Source: the human T2T-CHM13v2.0 reference genome, Homo sapiens | Assembly: GCF_009914755.1 (NCBI RefSeq) | Contig: NC_060927.1 | DNA length: 64,000 bases | Direction: 5' to 3' (one strand) | Shown: positions 59,030 to 64,000 of the stretch, in pieces | Layout: the number at the start of each line of letters is the position of its first letter | Position numbering within the stretch: position 1 is the first letter of the stretch | Notes under the pieces: generated by a model | What the model was told of the DNA's origin: nothing | Database searches by the model: none | What the model saw: only the letters and a program-made list of their open reading frames with translations | Translations under genes and position numbers: made by a program

Positions 59030-59890
59030 TTCATATTTATCCATTATGGTCACTTGGGTTGTTTTCACATTTTAGCTACTGTGAATAATGCTGATATAAA
59101 CATGGGTATACAAATGACTCAAGATTCTGCTTTCAATTTTTTTTAATATATACCCAAAAATGGAAATACTGGACCATGTGGAAATTCTACTTTTAAAATT
59201 TTTTAAGGAATACCCTACTGATTTTTATAGTAGCTGTGCCATTTTGCATTTCCATTAACAGTTCACAAGAACTTCAATTTCTCCACATCCTCAACGACAC
59301 TTCTTATTTTCTGTTTTTTTGATAGTAGTCATTTTAATTCATGTGAGATAGTTTCTCACTGTTATTTTGATTTATATTTCCTTTATAATTAGTGATATTG
59401 AGCATCTATTGATACGTTAACTGGCCATTTGAGAAATGTTCTCTTAAGTGTGTTACTCATATTGATCAGGTTGTCTGCTTTTTGTTGTTGTTGTTCAGAT
59501 TGCTTTTTGTTATTGTTGTTGTTGTTGAATTTTAGGAGTTCATGTATTCTAAATATTAATCCCTTATCATATATATGATTTACAAAGTTTTCCACCATTC
59601 TGGGGCTGAATTTTAATGATATTAATAGTGCCTTTTCACACGTTTATCTATGTAACAAACCTGCACATCTTGCACATGTACCCCTGAACTTAAAATAAAA
59701 GTTGAAAGAAAAAAAATCTGCTTTTTGATCCACAATTTAAAAAAATTGTAAAGTCCAATCTATTTTTTTAATTGTTGCTTATGCCATTGGTGTCATAACC
59801 AAGAAATCATTGTCAAAACTAATATCATAAATCTTTTGATCTATGTTTGTTTCTGAGGGTTTTATACTCTTAGATTTTACATCTAAGTCT
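59030..59890 (-). mobile_element. L1M ORF2 3' fragment
   Basis: GCTACTGTGAATAATGCTG...TTTCTCCACATCCTCAAC...CCAAGAAATCATTG. Confidence 0.85.
59637..59716 (+). mobile_element. tiny L1PA (older subfamily) 3' end inserted in the L1M
   Basis: TATGTAACAAACCTGCACATCTTGCACATGTACCCCTGAACTTAAAATAAAAGTT plus A tail. Confidence 0.88.
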
Positions 59891-59904
59891 TGAGGTTATT
59901 TTGT

Positions 59905-62900
59905 TTTATCCTTCAGATATGAAGGAGAAATAAAGACTTCCCTAGACCAAAAAAAAAAAAAAAAAAACTTAGGTATTTCATTAAAAGCAGGCCTATCCTA
60001 CAAGACATGCTAAAGGGAGTCATTCAGTCTGAAAACAAAGAATATTAATGAGAAATAAGAAATCACGTGAAGGTACAAAACTCACTGCAAACAGTTAAGT
60101 ACACAGATAAATACAGAAAATTATAACACTCTAAGTGTAGTGTGTAAACCACTCGTAACTTAAATAGGAAAACTGAAAGGCAAAACTATCAAAAAAAATG
60201 CAACAACTTTTAAAAACATAGACAGTATAATAAGATATAAATAGAAATAACAAAATGTTAAAAAGAGGGAGTGATGAAGCTAAAAGGTAGAGTTTTCATT
60301 AGTTTTCTCCTTGCTTATTTGTTTGTTTTTGCGTTAGAGTTACCAGTTTTAAATAATGGGTTATAAGGTGTTATTTGCAAGCCTCATAGTAACATTCAAA
60401 TAAAAAAATATAATAAATACGTGAAAAATAAAAAGCAAGAAATTAAATTATACTACCAGACAAAATCACCTTCAATAAAGGAAGATAGGAAAGAAGGAAG
60501 GGAAAACAACCAGAACAAAAAAATAACAAAATGGCAGAAGGAAGTCCTTTCTTATCAATAATAACACTGAATATAAATGGACTAAATTCTCCAATCAAAA
60601 GCCAGAGTGACTGAATAGATTAAAAAAACAAGACCCAACAATCTATTGCATACAAGAAATGCACTTTACCTGTAAAGACACAGGGACTGAAAATGAAGGA
60701 ATGGAAAAAGATATGCCATGCCAATAAAAAACAAAAAGGAGCAAGAGTAGCTGTACTTAGACAAAATAGATTTCAAAAGAAGAGTATAAGAAAAGACAAA
60801 GATCATTATATAACAAAAATGGTATTGATTTGGAAAAAGGATATATCAAATTTAAATATATATACACCCAACACTGGAGCACCCAGATATATGAAGCAAA
60901 CATTATTAGCCCTACAGAAAGACCACAAGGTAATAGTTGTTGGAGACTTCAACACCCCACTGTGAGCACTGAATGACCTTCCAGACAGAAAATCAACAAA
61001 GAAACATTAGACTTAATCTACACTATAGAGCAAATAGAGCTAATAGATATTTATAGAACATTTCATCCAAAGGCTACAGAATACACATTCTTCCATTCAG
61101 CACAAGGATCAGTCTCAAGTATAGATTTTAAGCCACAAAGTAAATTTTAAATAATTCAAAAAGTTGAAATGATATCAACTATCTTATCTGACCACAATGA
61201 AATGAAACTAGAAATCATTAACAAGGGAAATTTTGGAAACTCTACAAACACAGGGTAGTTAAACAATACACTCCTTAATGACCAGTGTCTTAATGAAGAC
61301 ATTAAGAAAATTTTTAAAATTCCCTAAACAAATGAAAATGGAAACAAAACATACCCAAATCTATGAATACAACAAGAGCAGTACTAAGAAGAAAGTTTAT
61401 AGCAGTAAGCACTTACATCAAAAAGTAGAAAAAATTCAAATGAACAACCTAAAGATGCATCTTAAATAACTAGAAAAACAAAAGTGAACCATACCCAGAG
61501 TTAGTAGATTAAAATAAATCATGAAGATAAGGGCAGAAGCAAATGAAATTGAAACAAAATAAAATACAAAAGATCAACAAAGCAAAGGTTGGTGTTTGGA
61601 AAAGATTTTTAAAAATTAACAGACTTTCAGCCAGACTAAGAAAAAAAGAGAAAAGATTCAAATATATTTAAAAAAGATGAAAAAGCAGACATAACCAATG
61701 ACATTCCAGAAATTCAAAAAAATCATTAGAGACTAATACAAACAACTATATGCCAGTAAATTGAATAACCTAGAACAAATGGATAAATTTCCAGAGACAT
61801 AAAACTTATGAAGTTTCAACTATGAAGAAATCCAAAGTCAGAATAGATCAGTAACAAGTAACAAGATTGAAGCCAAAATAAGTCTCTCAGCAAAGAAAAG
61901 CCCAGGACCCGATGGCTTCACTGCTGAATTCTACAAAACATTTGAAGAGAATTGGTACCAGTTTTACTGAAACTATTCAAAAAAATAAAAATAAAAAAGA
62001 GGATGAGGGAATACATCTAAACTCATTCTATGAGGAATTAGCATGATACCAAAATTAGACAAAGACACATCAAAAAAGGAAAGCTGTAGGCCTATATCCT
62101 CGATGAACATTGATGCAAAAACCCTCACAAAATACTAGCAAATTGAATTTAACAATACATTAGAAAGATCATTCATCATAACCAAGTGGGATTTATCCCT
62201 GGAATGCAAAGTTGATTTAACATACACGAACACATAGAATAGTGGAACAGAATAGAGAACAAAAAACGTATTTGTACATCTACAGTTAACTCATTTCCCA
62301 CAAAGATACCAAGAACATACATTGGGGGAAAGGACAGTATCTTCAAAAATAGTGGTGGGAAAACTGAATATCCATATAAAGGAGAATGAAACCAGGCCCC
62401 TATCTCTCACCATACACAAAAATCAAATCAAAATGGATTAAAGAATTAAATCTAAGACCTCAAACTATGAAACTGCTAATAGAAAACATTGGGGAAACTC
62501 TCCAGGACATTGAACTAGGTGAAGATTTCTTGAGTACTATCCCACAAGCACAGGCATCCAAAGAAAAAGTGGACAAATGGAATCACATGAAGTTAAAAAG
62601 CCTTTGCACAGCAAAGAAAAGAATCAACAAAATGAAGAGACGGCCCACAGAATGGGAGAAAATAAACTATCCATCTGACAAGGGATTAATAACCATAAAT
62701 ATATAGGGCGCTTGAACAACTCCATAGGAAAAAAGTCTAATAATCTGATTCAAAGATGGGCAAAAGGTCTGAATAGATATTTTTTAAAAGAAGACATACA
62801 AATGGCAAACAGGTAAGTGAAAGTTGCTCAACATCGTTGTTCATCAGAGAAACGCAAATCAAAACTGCAACAAGATACCGTCTCACCCTAGTTAAAATAG

Positions 62901-63745
62901 TTTTGCCCTAAAGGCAGGCAATAACAAATGCTGGTGAGGATGTGAAGAACGGAGAACCCTCATACACTGTTCATGCCAATGTAAATTATTACAGCCATTA
63001 TGGAGAACATATGGAAGTTTGTCAAAAATCTAAGTATAGAAATACCATATGATCCAGCAAATCCAACTGCTAGGTAATACCCAAAAGAAAAGAAATCAAT
63101 ATATCGAAGAGATATCTGCACTCCCATGTTTATTGCAGTGATATTCAAAATATCTATGACTTGGAAGCAACCTAAGAGTTCACCAACAGACAAATGATAA
63201 AGAAAATGTGGTACATATACCAAATGAATTACTCTTCAGCCATGTAAAAGAATGGGATCCTGTCATTTGCAATAACATGGATGAAACTAGAGGTCATTAT
63301 ACTAAGTGAAATAAGTTAGCATAGAAAGACACACTTGTCATGTTCTTGCTCATTTGTGGGAACTAAAAATCAAAACAATTGAACTGAGGGAGGCAGGGCA
63401 TAGAATTATTGTTACTAGAGGCTGAGAAAGGTAGGGTTGGTGGGGTGATGGGGATGGTTAATGGACATAAAAATATACTTAGATACAATGAATAAGATCT
63501 AGTATTTGATAGGAAAATACGATGACTACAGTCAGCAGTAATTTTGTGTACATTTTGGAATAACTGAGGGAATAGAATTGGAATATTCATACACAAATAC
63601 TTGATGAATGCTAGAAGTGATAGATATCCATTTACCCTGATTTGATTATTACACGTTGTATGCCTTTATCAAAATATCTCATATACCCTATAAAGATATA
63701 CACCTATTATGTACCCATAAAAATTAAAAATTGGAAAAATAACTT
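59905..63745 (+). mobile_element. L1MA1-3-like element: ORF1 end, inter-ORF, ORF2 with a large internal deletion near 62230, 3'UTR
   Basis: ORFs NIYTPNTGAP...VGDFNTPL and [18 protein letters not shown]; 3' end CCTATTATGTACCCATAAAAATTAAAAA. Confidence 0.92.
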
Positions 63746-63749
63746 AAAA

Positions 63750-64000
63750 ATCTTCACTCGAGGAAGCAACCACAGATGTGGTGAAAATAGCAAGACACCT
63801 AGAATTAAAAGCGGAGCCTAAAGATGGGACTGAATTTCATCAATCTCATGATAAAACTTGGACAGATGAGGACTTGCTTCTTACTGCTGAGCAAATAAAA
63901 CGTATATATTTTTTCTTTTTTGAGATGGAATCTACCCCTGGTGAAGGTGCTGTAAACATTGTTTAAATGGCAACAAATAATTTAGAATATTACATAAACT
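63750..64000 (+). mobile_element. Tigger1 fragment (transposase C-terminal region), runs off the window
   Basis: ORF 63778-63966 VKIARHLELKAEP...QSHDKTWTDEDLLL...EMESTPGEGAVNIV. Confidence 0.9.

Overview
AT-rich, CpG-depleted primate (most likely human) intergenic or deep-intronic DNA dominated by interspersed repeats: Alus (J, S, Y and a monomer), L1PA/L1MA/L1M fragments, L2, MIR, MaLR/ERV1/ERVL solo LTRs and Tigger/hAT DNA-transposon relics. I find no credible host protein-coding gene; recognisable ORFs are L1, Tigger or Alu-derived. One full-length retroposed U1 snRNA pseudogene lies at 42820-42983. The most unusual structures are: (i) an L1PA3-like insertion with two inverted blocks in permuted order between one TSD pair, (ii) a perfect 36-bp inverted repeat around a TA-rich core, (iii) an Alu tail (TTTTA)n array containing TTTCA units, (iv) an ancient twin-primed L1MA, (v) a near full-length Tigger4 and (vi) a nested Tigger3/MER50/Alu cluster. 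I do not see evidence for a new biological system; findings concern retrotransposition mechanics and structural oddities. Subfamily names come from recalled consensus sequences, and boundaries of old repeats are approximate.
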